Assembly: GCA_965287045.1 (NCBI GenBank)
Contig: CBDIYR020000004.1
Location: 4,588,001 to 4,652,000, forward strand
Direction of reading: 5' to 3'
Source: Carcharhinus amblyrhynchos
Lineage: Eukaryota
Length of the DNA stretch: 64,000 nucleotides
Positions 24,776-36,871 of the stretch are shown here, piece after piece. The notes beneath the pieces were generated by a model that was given only the letters and a program-made list of their open reading frames with translations, made no database searches and was not told the DNA's origin. Each line of letters opens with the position of its first letter. Position 1 is the stretch's first letter. The position numbers were made by a program, and so were the translations under genes.

Positions 24776-25149
24776 CTGAGGGACAAAAGCAGATGGCATT
24801 GATGAAGCATCTTATATCACCTTAAAGGCCAAAATGGACGCTGACATGTTACAGAATGGAGTGGGAGAGACCTGATTCCACAGGAATCTCTGCAGTTTTT
24901 CCCCTTCATGGGGAATTCCATTGAGAGGGAAGGCGGAGGCTTCCTGTCTCCACTGGTAATGCCATGAGAAGAGGCAGGGCTAGCACGATGCAGACACCCA
25001 AACAGAAGCTCTGTCCACTTCTCCAGTGGGGGCAGTGCTGGGAAATTGCCAAGGTACTGTCCAAGCATGATCCTCTCCTCCCTGTGTGATGCACTCACCT
25101 GAGGTTGTCCCACTGGGTGCATGCTGTGGAAGGTCAATTGTAACTCATG

Positions 25150-25480
25150 ACAATATGGTGAATGGACAATTTGATTTATTATTGTTTCATGTATTGGGAT
25201 ACAGTGAAAAGTATTGTTTCTTGCGCACTTTACAGGTAAAGCATACCATTGATAGAGTACATAGGGCAGAAGGAAAGGAGTGGATGCAGAATACAGTGTT
25301 ACAGTCATAACTTGGGTGCAACTTAGTATAAGAGGTGTCTATTCAAAAGTCTGATGACAGCAGGGAACAGGCTGTTCTTGAGTTGGTTGGTACGTTCTCT
25401 CAGACTTTTGTATCTGTGTTTTTGTATTGTGACGGAAGAAGGTGTAAGAGAGAATGTCTGGCAAAAGGACGATCAGGTGT
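25150..25480 (-). mobile_element. LINE 3' tail fragment (L2/CR1-like)
   Basis: tttgatttattattgtttcatgtattgggatacagtgaaaagtattg...ctgttcttgagt, a typical reverse-oriented LINE end. Confidence 0.6.
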
Positions 25481-28400
25481 GAAGACTTGATATTTAGATT
25501 TGAATTTATTTTAATGCAGTTCCTGATGTCCGGAAGCCTGTTACATCACTGTTGAGTTGTGGGGACAATTGCAACAGGACGTATAACATGATGTGGACCT
25601 CTTGTGAGATTTTGCGTTCCCATCACCGTTCATGTCCAAGAAGAATGGGAGCACAAAATCCCAGCTTTTAAGTTATCTGTGTGTTGGGACCAGATCCTGG
25701 ATGAGAAAATAAAATGTGGTGAATGTCAGGATTCTGGTGACAGTTGCTGACTACGCCAGCATTTATTGCCCTTCCCTAATTGTCCTTGAGAAGGTGGTCG
25801 TGAGCTGCCTTCTTAAACCACTGCAGTTCCTGGGGTCTAGGAACAACCAGAGTGCTGTTAGGATGGGCATTCCAAGATTTTGACCTAGCTATAATGAAGG
25901 AACAGCTATATATTTTCAAGGTCAGGATGGTGAATGGTTTGAAGGAGAACTTCCAGATGGTGGTGTTCCCATGTGTCTACTACCTTTTTCCTTGTAGATG
26001 GTCACAGTCGTGGGTTTGGAATGTGCTGGTTTAAGGATGGTAATGATGGTACACAAGGCTGCCACTGTGCATCATTGGTGGAGGAAGTGAATGCTTCTCG
26101 ATGGTATGCCATGAGGCAGGCTGCTTTTGACGTTTAGCTTCTTGATGGTACTTAGTTTCTTGAATGTTGTTGGTATACTCCGAAGGGCAAGAAGATCCAG
26201 ATTTGAGATCATTTCCAACACTACAAATGGGTGGTGAGAATTTTTTTTTAACATGAGTTCTGACCTGGAATACCCTGTCTGAAAGGATGGTGAAAAGAGG
26301 TTTAGTAGTAACTTTCAAAAGGAATTGCAGAATTAGGGAAAAGTGTTCAGGCTCACTGGATACACACTCACCTCTGAGCAACAAACTTCTGGATTTAAGT
26401 TCTACTCCAAAGCCACCATAAAAATCTGGCTAACATTCCACTGCAGTATTGAGGGAGTGCTGCACCAACAATATTGCTGTCTTTTGGATGAGACATTAAA
26501 CTGAGGCCCCATCTCCTTGCTTGAGTGGATAGAAAAGATCCCATGTCACTAAAGGAAGAACAGTAGGTGACTTATCCCTGGTGACCTGACTTGACACTTC
26601 AAAATACTGGCTGTAAAATGCTTTGTGAATTCTGGTGGTTATGAAAAGCACACAATAGAGATAAGTCATTTTTCTTTCAAAGGAGCAGGCTGTGGCACCA
26701 AGTAAATACCTCCTTCAAAGGACATTATGGACAGGATTTGCTAAATGCCTGCCATCTGCAATGCAAGATTCCACACGCTGCAGGGCCATGATTCTGGTGG
26801 TGATGGTGGTGATGCTGCTGATAGCCTTGCAATCTTCAAACTGTGGACCTCCCACTGGACTACTTGTGTAGCTCAGAGGTTTCATCACGGCAGAAGAATC
26901 ACAGTCACAATACACAACAATTTAGTTGCTGACTTTGGCTTCAAGCTAGCTGGAGGACTTCATTCAAACATGTGTGATACGTAAAGTGAGAATTCTGACA
27001 GAAGATAGACTGAAACCAGAACATTTTGTGCCAAGTAAAATTTCCATTACTTTTCACCCATTAAAACAGGTTGCTGACTGACATGGTGAGTGCTAAATTG
27101 TCCCTGTAGTCTCAACCAGGAGCTGAACTGCCTCTTCTCAGCTGGGCTGACCATTATGCCACACCAAAGGAATACAAGCCATAGCCACTGAAATGAGTCC
27201 AGGAGACATCAATCATCTAGGGAGTGCAGAGAGGAATTGCCAGGTTTCTTGACTCTCCCTGGAGGCTCTGTGGTTCGTGCAGGTTGGGAGTGGCCTTGCC
27301 TGCTGGAAGATCAAGGGGTAATCTGATTGAGCTGTTAATAAGATTCAGTAAGGTAAATGCAGAGAACCTTTCCTCAGGTGGAGAAATCAAATGGGGGGGT
27401 GGGTGGTGGTGTATAATCTTCAGATTAGAGCTGTGTTATTTAAGGGCAAAGTCAGGATACAGTTTTTCAGCAAAGGACAGAAAAAAAATCTGAACTCTGA
27501 GGTAAATATAGAGAAGATGCTCCTACCGCTAGGAGAGTTTAAAACTGAGGGAGATAAATAACAAGATTTTAAATCCTCAATTTCTTAATAAGGAATTCAG
27601 AAGAAACATCTTTATCTGGAATGGGGAGAACATGAAATCAACTATTGCACAGAGTGACTGAAGTGATACACTTAAGAGGAAATTAGATAAGTCCAAGAGG
27701 GAGAAAGGAATAGAAGGAAATGCCATTAGGACTAGATGAAGTAGAGTGGGAGGAGGCTCACGTGGAATGTAAACACCAGACCTGTTGGTCTGAAAGGTGC
27801 ATTTCTGAGCTTTGCTATTCAATTCTGTGTAATGTGAAAAGTTGGATCAAGAAGGTCAGTTGGAGCTTTCAAGATTGAGACTGATCATTTTTTTTATTAA
27901 TTGAGATATGGACTGAAGGTGAATAAGTGGAGTTGAAGGAGAGGCTTGAAGTCCTCGGTGACCTTTTCACGTTCATGTGTAGTGTGAAGCATTAGATACC
28001 ACAACAGTGTGGGATGTTTAGGGTGGGCCAGCCACTGTCTGCCTGTCCAATATTTTTTGTTTGTTAGAAGGGTGAAGTGTCAGCTGGAAACATCACATTT
28101 AAAAGTGGGAAAAGCTTGAGTTTGTATTGCGCCCATCACAACTCCAGGACATCCCAAATAACTTCTTAGCTAATTTAGTACTTCTGAGATGTAGTCACTA
28201 TTGTAAACAACATGGAAACCACATTGCACATGGCAAGCTCTCACGATTAGCAATGAGATAATGATCCGATAAGCTGTTGCTTTTAATGATGTTACTTTGT
28301 CAGGATACCATGGGGAACCTCCCTGCTTTTCTTGAAAATAGTGTTATGAGATTTTTTGCATCCATCCAAGACGGCAAATGGAGATTCTAGTCAGTGTCTG

Positions 28401-28598
28401 GCTCAAGAGGTGGCACCTTGTACAGTGCAGCACACTCTCACTGTATTAGCCTAAAATGTCTGTTCAAGTTGGAATAGAACTTGAATGCACAACTTTTTGA
28501 CTAAGTTGAGAAGGCTATCTGCTGAGCAATAAGTGACAACAGCCAGAACATTGTTTTCAGATAAATAATATTGGGGATTGATCCCCTGGAAAGCCTAC

Positions 28599-29454
28599 CT
28601 GCTTGGTGATGCCTGATTTTGCAGCTGGAGCATCTGTTTTGGCCATGATTGACTGCTGGCGCACCTTGGGACCGTGTGTTGGCTCGGCAGGCGACTGCAA
28701 CAAGTTGGCACTAGGAGGTCGAGGTCGCTGGGCCGCGCTGACTGTCAGCTGCTGTGTTTTTCCTCGGACAAGGGGTGGAGGAGCAGGCGGCGGCTGGTCT
28801 ATCCTCCTCTGGGGACCGATGTTGGCCGGGGGTGCTGACAGCATGTGTTGAAGGTTGTCGGTCAGTGACAGCTGCCTGCGGCTAAACTCGCTGTTCTGCC
28901 GGGCGAACTCATCACTGTAGCTATGACTATGGAAGATCTGCTTGTTGGCAGAAAGATCCTCACTCTTGCTGTAACCATGGTAACCCAAGAGGCCAGCACC
29001 AGGCTCGGCGGGAGTCCGTAATGAGGCAGGCCCATCTGAGGTCATGTTGAATAGGGGGTTCTGAAAGGACAAGGGGACTCGCAACTGCCCATGCAATCCA
29101 TCCGTGGTGATACCCATTTGTCCTAACCGCAGACCTCCTGACACGCTTGACCCACTCCCCTGTGACAGTCGGCTAGGCCTGAGGCCTACTGTAGTTCCAA
29201 TCGAGGCCTGACTGCTATTTAGCATGTCCCCAACAGTCTGGAGGTTACTTATGCTGTTCATACTCCGGCTGTCCTGCAGGTCCATCATGGAGATACTCTT
29301 GTTCGTGGTCATCATTTTGGGGTCAGGTTCTGTGATATCAGAGCTGCTTGTGCAATATGCCGGGGAGGAACGTGCAAGTGGAGGCCTTGTCACATAAAAG
29401 ACATCCTTTCCCTTTTCCTTGGTCGGAGAAGGTAGCCTGGTCATATCGATTGAG
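28599..29454 (-). CDS. SYNGAP1: SynGAP large coding exon (exon 15 equivalent), disordered and phospho-regulated region
   Basis: [14 protein letters not shown]...[22 protein letters not shown]...[11 protein letters not shown]...GYSKSEDLS...SHSYSDEF...RRQLSL...IGPQR...QLTVSAAQ...RQQS...ITKQ, all SynGAP-diagnostic motifs. Boundaries ttacag|C ... CAG|gtaggc; 856 nt, phase 2 to 0. Confidence 0.96.
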
Positions 29455-29644
29455 CTGTAATTGAAGGAGAATGGTAGCACTAAATTATAAAGGAACAGGA
29501 AAACTTGTGTTCTATTTTTCCTGAATTTTCTGTCTAAGGGCCTCAAACCTGTGGAAAAATCAAGTACTCCTCTGTCATCCTACACTCCATCCTTACCCAA
29601 TGTCCTGTTGCTTACATCCTAACGTACAAGAAGAGCTGGCCTCT

Positions 29645-29977
29645 TGGGGCGACACAGTGGTTAGCACTGCTGCTTCACAGCTCCAGGGAGCCAGGTTCAA
29701 TTCCCGGCTAAGGTCACTGACTGTGTGGAGTTTGCACGTTCTCCCCATGTCTGCATGGCTTTTTCTGGGTGCTCCGGTTTTCCTCCCACTGTCCAAAGAC
29801 GTGCGCATTAGGTGCATTGACCATAGTAAATTGCCCCTTAGTGTCCTGGGATGTGTAGGTTAGAAGGATTAGCGGGATAAATATATGGAGGTGCAGGGAG
29901 AGGGCCTATATGGGATTGTTGTCAGTGCAGGCTCGATGGGCTTCTTTCTGCACTGTAGGGTTTCTGTGATTCTATGA
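29645..29977 (+). mobile_element. HE1/V-SINE
   Basis: cacagtggttagcactgctgc head, V-domain, CR1-type tail (gcactgtagggtttctgtgattctatg). Confidence 0.9.
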
Positions 29978-30370
29978 AGTTCCCTCAGCCGTCATGTCCT
30001 GTGCTTGCTGGACCTACTTTGACTTCTATTCCAGCAATGTCTTAATTCAGAATTCCCATTCGTGTGTTCCATCCGTAGTCTCACCTCTTCCCATCTTTTA
30101 ATTTTCTTCAGTTCTCCAAGAATTGACTTAGACCAAACAATCTTTAATTTACCATTGGTAACTATGCCTTCTAATCTGCTACACTTTTGAATATCCCACG
30201 AAACCTCACTACCCCTCTCACCTCCTTTAAGACTTTATCTCTTTTGACGAAGCTTTTGATTATGGGCCCTAATGTCTCCTTTGTTGACTCAGTGTCAGAT
30301 TTTAATGGATGACCTTTCTGTGAAGTATCTTGGGATGTGGAATGTCCTATCCTACCAAGTCAGTGCTTAC

Positions 30371-30443
30371 TTGTATTGCCTGCCAGGGAACCCACCATGA
30401 CGGTTGTCTTCAGTAGACTGCAACGTCTCGACGGCAGGAAGGG
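30371..30443 (-). CDS. SYNGAP1: Candidate 73-nt alternative exon at the exon-14 position
   Basis: tattttccag|CCC...TACAA|gtaagc. CpG-rich in an otherwise CpG-poor intron. Open in phase 1 to 2 as (A)LPAVETLQSTEDNRHGGFPGRQY(N). Confidence 0.5.
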
Positions 30444-31653
30444 CTGGAAAATACTACCGTGTGTTTATATCAAAAATGATATATTTATTGAAAAGGCTGA
30501 AATCACCATATAAGTTTCAAAGGCTGAACAACAGCATTTTAACAGTAGCATTTAAACTGGCAGAACTTTCACATAACGGTACCCTACAAATAATCAGCAA
30601 GGTGACCAGGTTGTCAAGAAGTAGTCACCTAGAGACAATCAATTAAAGATGAGTTTGAACATCGCTTGAACTATTCACAGGACATTCATGTATATTCAGC
30701 TTGGACTCAGTTACTTTGGACAGTGGCTAAGAAGGGAATTCCATTGGCCATAATCCAATAATTTTTAAACAATGGATCTGGAATCAGATTTCTGTGATCA
30801 TGTTTGGGTAACTGGAAGGTTTGTGAGAAGACATCATGTGATGAGCAAGTTAAACCTAATTTCCATTTTTAAGAAACTGCTTCCTTCCCAGCTGGTTGGA
30901 ATCAGAGCAGAAAGATCCAAAGTTGGCCCTCTCTCTCTCTCTAGCCATCTTGAAAGCTTGTGCCCTCCCTGTTTTCCAACCAACCACATTCTACAAGCAG
31001 CAACTTAAATTTTAACTCAGTAGCTGCTGACTCCAGAAGAAAAGACAGAAATTATCCATCAACATATTTCAATTGTTTCAGAATCCGAAAGATAATTGAA
31101 CCCAGTCTCAAGCTTTCCAAGTCATTAATCTGCTGGATCTATATATAATTGACATCGTTGGTCAGTTACTTAAACAGTTACTACCCTCCCACTTTGTAAC
31201 TTAAGTGCATTTCTGTTTGTGCAAACGTTTGAGTGCAGGTGAGTAAGAGAATTGGAGCGTTTTTTATTATTTTTATTTAGACTGGTTTTATGTATAAGAA
31301 ACACTAATCCCTTTTCTTTTAAAACATATAAGACCTGTCTGTGTGGGCACTTAAATAGTTAAAGACTCACTGAATTGGCAGTTGGATTCTTTAAAAAAAA
31401 CACTTTCTTTGCAGTAAGTTGAGAGCTATTTTACCACTTCTGGTATGATCGTAAGAAATGTTTTAAAGATTAATGTTAAAGATGCTATAAAAATGCAAGT
31501 TGTTGCTGTTGATATTGTTTCTATTTGCAACGTACTGCTTTGTAAAACTAAACCTGTAGTCTTCTAGCCTGTAATCTCAACTGACCTCAGTTTCCTTGCT
31601 AATTTTTTAAAAGCTTGATCCATGTCCTGCAGTATTGACTTTAAACCCTTTAC

Positions 31654-31658
31654 CTGAG
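31654..31658 (-). CDS. SYNGAP1: Candidate 5-nt microexon CTCAG (alternative)
   Basis: cctgctatttcttgctgaacag|CTCAG|gtaaag, with UGC motifs before the AG. Converts phase 2 to phase 1, exactly what the 30371-30443 candidate exon needs. Confidence 0.4.
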
Positions 31659-31914
31659 CTGTTCAGCAAGAAATAGCAGGATGCATTCATTACCAGAAAT
31701 GATAAACGTTTCTTTGAGAATAAGATTCAAATGTCATAACCATGGCTGCATCTTTGAGATACCTATAAAAGATGCAAACTTACCTTCCCCTATTTTAGCA
31801 CTCCCAATGTAAATGTCATCAGTTTCAAAAAGCCACGAATGTAATTTGTTACATCTAATTGGCAATGTTACTTGGCTGTGCTGCAAGGGTATTTTACAAC
31901 ACTGCAGTAGATAT

Positions 31915-33062
31915 TCTAGATAAGGGTGAAATATGGGGTGATGTATTTGGACTTTGGAAAGTTTTTGATAAAGTTCCATGTAAGAAATTATTGTGCAAAA
32001 TTCAAGCACGTGGAATTGAGGGTAAAGTATTGGCATGAATTGAGAATTGGTTAGCAGATGAGATAGAGAGTGGGAATAAATGTTTTTTATTCCGAAGTGG
32101 CAGGCAGTGACTAGTGGGGTCCCACAGGGCTCAGTGCTTGAGCCCCGACTATTTACCATTCATATGATTTGGATGAGGGAACCAGGAGTAATATTTCAAG
32201 GTGTGTAGATGGCTTAAAATGTGGTGGGAATGTGAGTTGTAAGGAGGATGTTAAGAGGCTTCAACATAATTTAGACAAGTTTGAATGAGTAGGCAAATAC
32301 ATGGCAGGTGCAGTATAACGTGGATTAATGTGCAATGAACTAGAGAAGGAAAAACAGAATGGCAAAGTATTATATAAATGACGATAGATTGGAAAATGTT
32401 GACATACAAAGGGACCTGGCTGTTCTGGTACACCAGTCACTGAGAGCAAGTATGTTTCAAACGCAAATGCTATGTTGCAAGAGGACTTGAGTTAAGGAGC
32501 AAGGATGTTTTACTGTGACTGTACAGGATCTTTGTGAGACCATACTCAGATAATTGTGTGGTCTCCTTATCTAAGAAAGGATATATTTGCAAGAAAGGAA
32601 GTGCAACAAAGGCTCCCCAGACTGATTACTGGAATGGCAGGATTGTCATATGAGGAAACATTATGTCGAATGGCCTGTATTCATTGCAGTTTAGAAGAAT
32701 GAGAGGGGATCGGTTTGAAATGTGCTGAACTGAGTGGATGCAGGAAGGTTGTATCCTCTGGCTGGAGGGTCAAGAATAAGAGATCACTGTCTCAGGATGC
32801 AGGGTAGGCCATTTAAGATGAGATGGGAAACTTCATTTACAGGATGGTGAATTTGGAATTTTCTATTACAAAAGGCTGGGAGATCAACTCACTGAGTATA
32901 TTTATGAAAGAAATAGATATCTAGACTCTCATGGTTTTACAGAGTATGGAAAGAGCGCTGGAGAATGGCGTTGAGAAAGAATATTAGCTATGATCATGTT
33001 GAATGGCTGAGCACGCTCAAAAGGCCCAATTGCATACATTGCTCCTATTTTCAATGTTTCTA
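31915..33062 (+). mobile_element. CR1 LINE fragment (degenerate)
   Basis: gtgactagtggggtcccacagggctcagtgcttgagccc (VTSGVPQGSVL) through a CR1 3' UTR. Confidence 0.88.
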
Positions 33063-33253
33063 ACCCATGCTGTACTTGCCAGGGAGTGTTTGATGGGGGT
33101 AGTATAGAGGGAGCTTTACTCTGTATCTAACCCCATGCTGTACCTGTCCTGGGCGTGTTTGATGGAGATAGTGTAGAGAGAGCTTTACTCTGTATCTAAT
33201 GTGTGCTGTACCTATCCTGGGAGTGTTTGCATGTCAAATTTGGGCCACCTCAC

Positions 33254-33435
33254 CTGTTCAGATCTTTAACAGTGTACTTCTGAAGATCAGATGAAATGCC
33301 TCTGTTGATGCTGGGCCCAGAAGTATAACGTTCCGCTATGTGGCTTGATTGTCGTTGTACATGCGATGGGTTTCTCAGTGCCGCGCTAATGTCATTGAGA
33401 AGGCGGGGGAGGGGACCCAGTTTCAGCACAGCTTC
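33254..33435 (-). CDS. SYNGAP1: SynGAP coding exon (exon 13 equivalent)
   Basis: [60 protein letters not shown](S). Boundaries ctttccag|GAA ... AACAG|gtgagg; 182 nt, phase 0 to 2. Confidence 0.95.
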
Positions 33436-33569
33436 CTGGAAAGGCATAGGAAAGGTATTTTTACCTAGGGAGAACCACATGCGCCAATTCACAATTGTTT
33501 TCAGTGTTTAAAACTCCTCTGTGTAGTTACAATGAAATGATGAAACCCAATGAATCCATTCACTTCACA

Positions 33570-34173
33570 TATAAGAACATAAGAAATGGGAGCAAGAGTA
33601 GGCCATCTAGCCCTTCGAGCCTGCCCCGCCATTCAGTAAGATCATGGCTGATCTGTCGTGGCTCAGTTCCACATTCCCGCCCTCTCCCCATAACCTCTAA
33701 TCCCCTCTCTTATCAAAAACCCATCAACCCGCTTCTTAAAAATATTTAGTGAGGTAGCCTCCACCACTTCAATAGGCAGAGAATTCCAGAGTACCTTTGA
33801 GTGAAGAAGTTCTTCCTCAACTCCGTTCTAAACCGCCCCCCCCCTTTATTTTGAGGCTGTGCCCCCTAGTCCTACTGTCCTTTCTGAGCGGGAAGAGTCT
33901 CTCCACCTCTATCCTATCCATCCCATTCATCATCTTATACGTCTCAATGAGATCTCCCCTCATTCTTCTAAACTCTAACGAGTACAAGCCTAGTTTATTC
34001 AGCCTCTCCTCATAGCTCAACCCCCTCAACTCTGGTACCAGCCTAGTTAGGAATAATGGTAGGAAGGACTATTACTTATGTGGCGAAAAACTGCAGGAGG
34101 TGACGGTGCAGAGGGACCTCGGGGTCCTTGTGCATGAGTCACAAAAACCCAGCCTGCAGGTGCAGCAGGTGGT
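33570..34173 (-). mobile_element. CR1 LINE 3' fragment (33570-34047, minus) with a directly adjoining inverted 5' segment (34048-34173, plus)
   Basis: Minus strand: RGLSYEERLNKLGLYSLEFRRMRGDLIETYK plus tail. Plus strand: RNNGRKDYYLCGEKLQEVTVQRDLGVLVHESQKPSLQVQQVV. Confidence 0.85.
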
Positions 34174-34697
34174 CAGCATTTGACTTTACTCCACATATCA
34201 AAATCCCAATGGACCCAAAAGCTTCCCATTCACTCCACAGAATCCAGTTGACAAAATAATTCTTCAATTTACAATAGAACCACAAATTCCCTAGTTGCAG
34301 TGCAGGATCCCACTTCTTATCATACATCATTTACTACTACACCCAACCATGTCCCTCCCATTCACTCCTACCAGGCAGATCTAACCACTACATATTGAAT
34401 GATATTGGGTCCAAATACTTCCCACCACAGAATCCAAAGGATTGAGCTAGTACATCCCCAGGAAAAGGATCACAATAAATCCAATTGCACACTCTTCAGC
34501 CTCCATAAATAATGATAATGGACACAAAAACTGGTATTCACTTTCTATATTTCAAATGCCAATGGATTGCAACACCTCTGAAATCACATAGGAGTACCCA
34601 AAGGAACTGACCAACTTCTTGCTGACCTCATCAGGCTCCACTTATTCATATGTTTGTGCTGATGCTGGCTGAGCAACTTTGTTTTTTAATGCTTTAC

Positions 34698-34899
34698 CTT
34701 GCTGAGCTGAGGCAACACCTCCCACAGGAGAGAGTGCAGCGTAGAGAGCTCTCGGCCCAAGTCAATGTAGCCCTCAAAGCTAGCTGCATTGGTGACCGTG
34801 TCTGGATTGGAGATCTCCATCAGAAACTGCTGCATGCTTCCCCACTCGAGCTCCAAAAATTCATTCATGAACGACATGTAGTCCTCCTTACTGCCGAAC
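34698..34899 (-). CDS. SYNGAP1: SynGAP coding exon (exon 12 equivalent)
   Basis: [67 protein letters not shown]. Boundaries attag|G ... AAG|gtaaag; 202 nt, phase 2 to 0. Confidence 0.96.
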
Positions 34900-35409
34900 C
34901 TAATCAGATGGAGGAGGAAGAAAAGCAGCACAATAGCAACACAGGCTACTTTAATTCATTTCTAATCTGTCTCCACAACAAATGAGAAACTTATATCACA
35001 CTTGTAAGTTTAGGTAAGGCAGGGAGAATGAGCATAGCAAGCATTCTGAAATATACTTATCCACACATCCACTCATTCCGTAATGGTTGTGTGAGGCTCT
35101 GAACGTTACAGAGAAGTAATGACCACTCTGTCAGTTCCAGGCACCACACTTTTAAGAAAAATATCAAGATCTTAGAGTAGACAGGAGATTTACAAGACAG
35201 AATTAAAGAATTCAGTTATGAAGAGAGTTTAGAAATGTTAGGATTGATCTCCTTAGAGTAGAAGACATTCAGGTAATTTCAATAGCGATATACTCAAATT
35301 CCTGAAAGATTTTCAAGAGTAAATTTTAAAAAAATGTTTAGCAGAAGGGTTAGTAGCCAGAAGGAACAGTGTAAGATTATTGAAAATAGGAAAGGAGTGC
35401 AAGAGAAAT

Positions 35410-35705
35410 AAGTTTGTTTATTTGTGTCACTAGTAGGCTTACATTAATACTGTAATGAAGTTACTGTGAAAATCTCCTAGTTGCCACACTCTGGCACCTA
35501 TTCAGGTGCACTGAGGGAGAATTCAGCATGGGAATTGCATCTAATCAGCATGTCTTTTGGAGTGACAGGAAACAGAGGCACCAGGAGGAAATCCACACAG
35601 ACACGGGGAGAACATGCAGACTCCCCACCGACAGTGACCCAAGCTGAGAATCAAACCTGGGCGTCTGGTGCTGTGAGGCAGCAGTGCTAACCACTGTGCC
35701 ACCAG
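35410..35705 (-). mobile_element. HE1/V-SINE inside a decayed CR1 fragment
   Basis: Reverse-complement SINE. Flanks ~35130-35400 and ~35710-35930 are degenerate CR1 3' sequence. Confidence 0.88.
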
Positions 35706-36634
35706 CAATGATTTATGTAGCAAGTAATTGTGATTTGGAATATACTGCTTGATGGAAGTTCAGTCAAAGAACTTTCAGAAGGGAGTGGGATAAATATTTG
35801 AAGGGGGAAGAAAATTGTCTTTGGAAAAGAATTGGGTGGAGGTGGTTGTGGGTACACCAATGGTACAACTCTTACAATTGTGAGAACAGATATGATGGAC
35901 CAATTAGCTGTATCTTTTGCTGTAATTTGTAACATTTTAAAATATATAATCTACATATTTGGAGTAATTCTGCAATGATTCTTTGACGTTTTGAATGCTA
36001 AGTAACCCTAATGATCACTCGTGAGGAATGTCTGAAGTGTAATAAACAAGCCCAGAAGCCTGCAGAATAACTGGTAACAGCTAACCACGACACTGAACAA
36101 ACCTGTCGACAGCAGAAACACATAATAACGTGGGCTCTACATTTCTTCTACGTCATTGAACTTAAAAAAGATACAACACACTGGAGCTGCAGTCAGGATC
36201 ACACATTTGCAAGCTCCCTGAAGAGATCTTGGTGCGTGTGTATTAGTACCTCATTTTCACATTCAGTACAGTTTTCAGTGTTTCCTAGTTATCAAACTTG
36301 TTAGAGAAGCCAAGGTAATATTACAATATCCAATAATATCTATACATAAGAGCAATATAAATATACAAGGTGCTTGATCATGCCAACAACATACAGGGTT
36401 GTTTTTGCAGCAAAACATACTGAAAATTAACCAAATATTTAGGAGGATAAAAACCTACCAGTTAATTAAAAACACACCCAGACCAGCATGAATTGCTACC
36501 ACTGATATACTTCCAGTAGGACTTCTTGAACAAGATCGCTACTAACACTTACCTCTCAAATCCCTTACACCAGTCTCACAGGCTACATTACCCATTGAAT
36601 GGGCTGTGGCTTCCACAGGTCTGGGAGAACTTAC

Positions 36635-36871
36635 TTGGTGAAGTTGGCCAGATTTTGAATGACTTTGGCTATAAGGGTTAAAGTTCGGGAGGTGCGGTCA
36701 TCTGGATACTCCTGCATCAGGTTGAAGAGGCTAGGAGACATGATCGCGGGGCAGAGGAAACGGAGAAACAAGGAGGCACTGATCAAACGGTCGGCTATGT
36801 CTTCTCTGCCACGCTCAGCACAGCGGTGCCTCCAGGAGGCAAAGACTTCCTTCAGCTCACGTGGAAAGACG
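36635..36871 (-). CDS. SYNGAP1: SynGAP coding exon (exon 11 equivalent), GAP domain FLR motif
   Basis: [78 protein letters not shown](K). Boundaries aaacag|C ... AA|gtaagt; 237 nt, phase 2 to 2. Confidence 0.96.

Noticed and set aside
24821-24840. 20-nt exon-like unit complementing the 25-nt candidate
   Set aside because: It would leave only a 45-nt intron before exon 16, and extended acceptors hit a TAA stop.
26365-26380. Apparent 2-nt microexon (ctcag|AG|gtgagt) that would restore frame to the 25-nt candidate
   Set aside because: It lies in the head of an antisense Deu-SINE, where this motif derives from the repeat itself.
26750-26850. Minus-strand frame QGYQQHHHHHHQNHG resembling the SynGAP poly-His tract
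   Set aside because: Bounded by stops and lacking usable splice sites; most likely a short CAY repeat.
29645-29720. tRNA-like sequences at SINE heads
   Set aside because: These are tRNA-derived SINE promoter regions followed by V-domain bodies, not tRNA genes.
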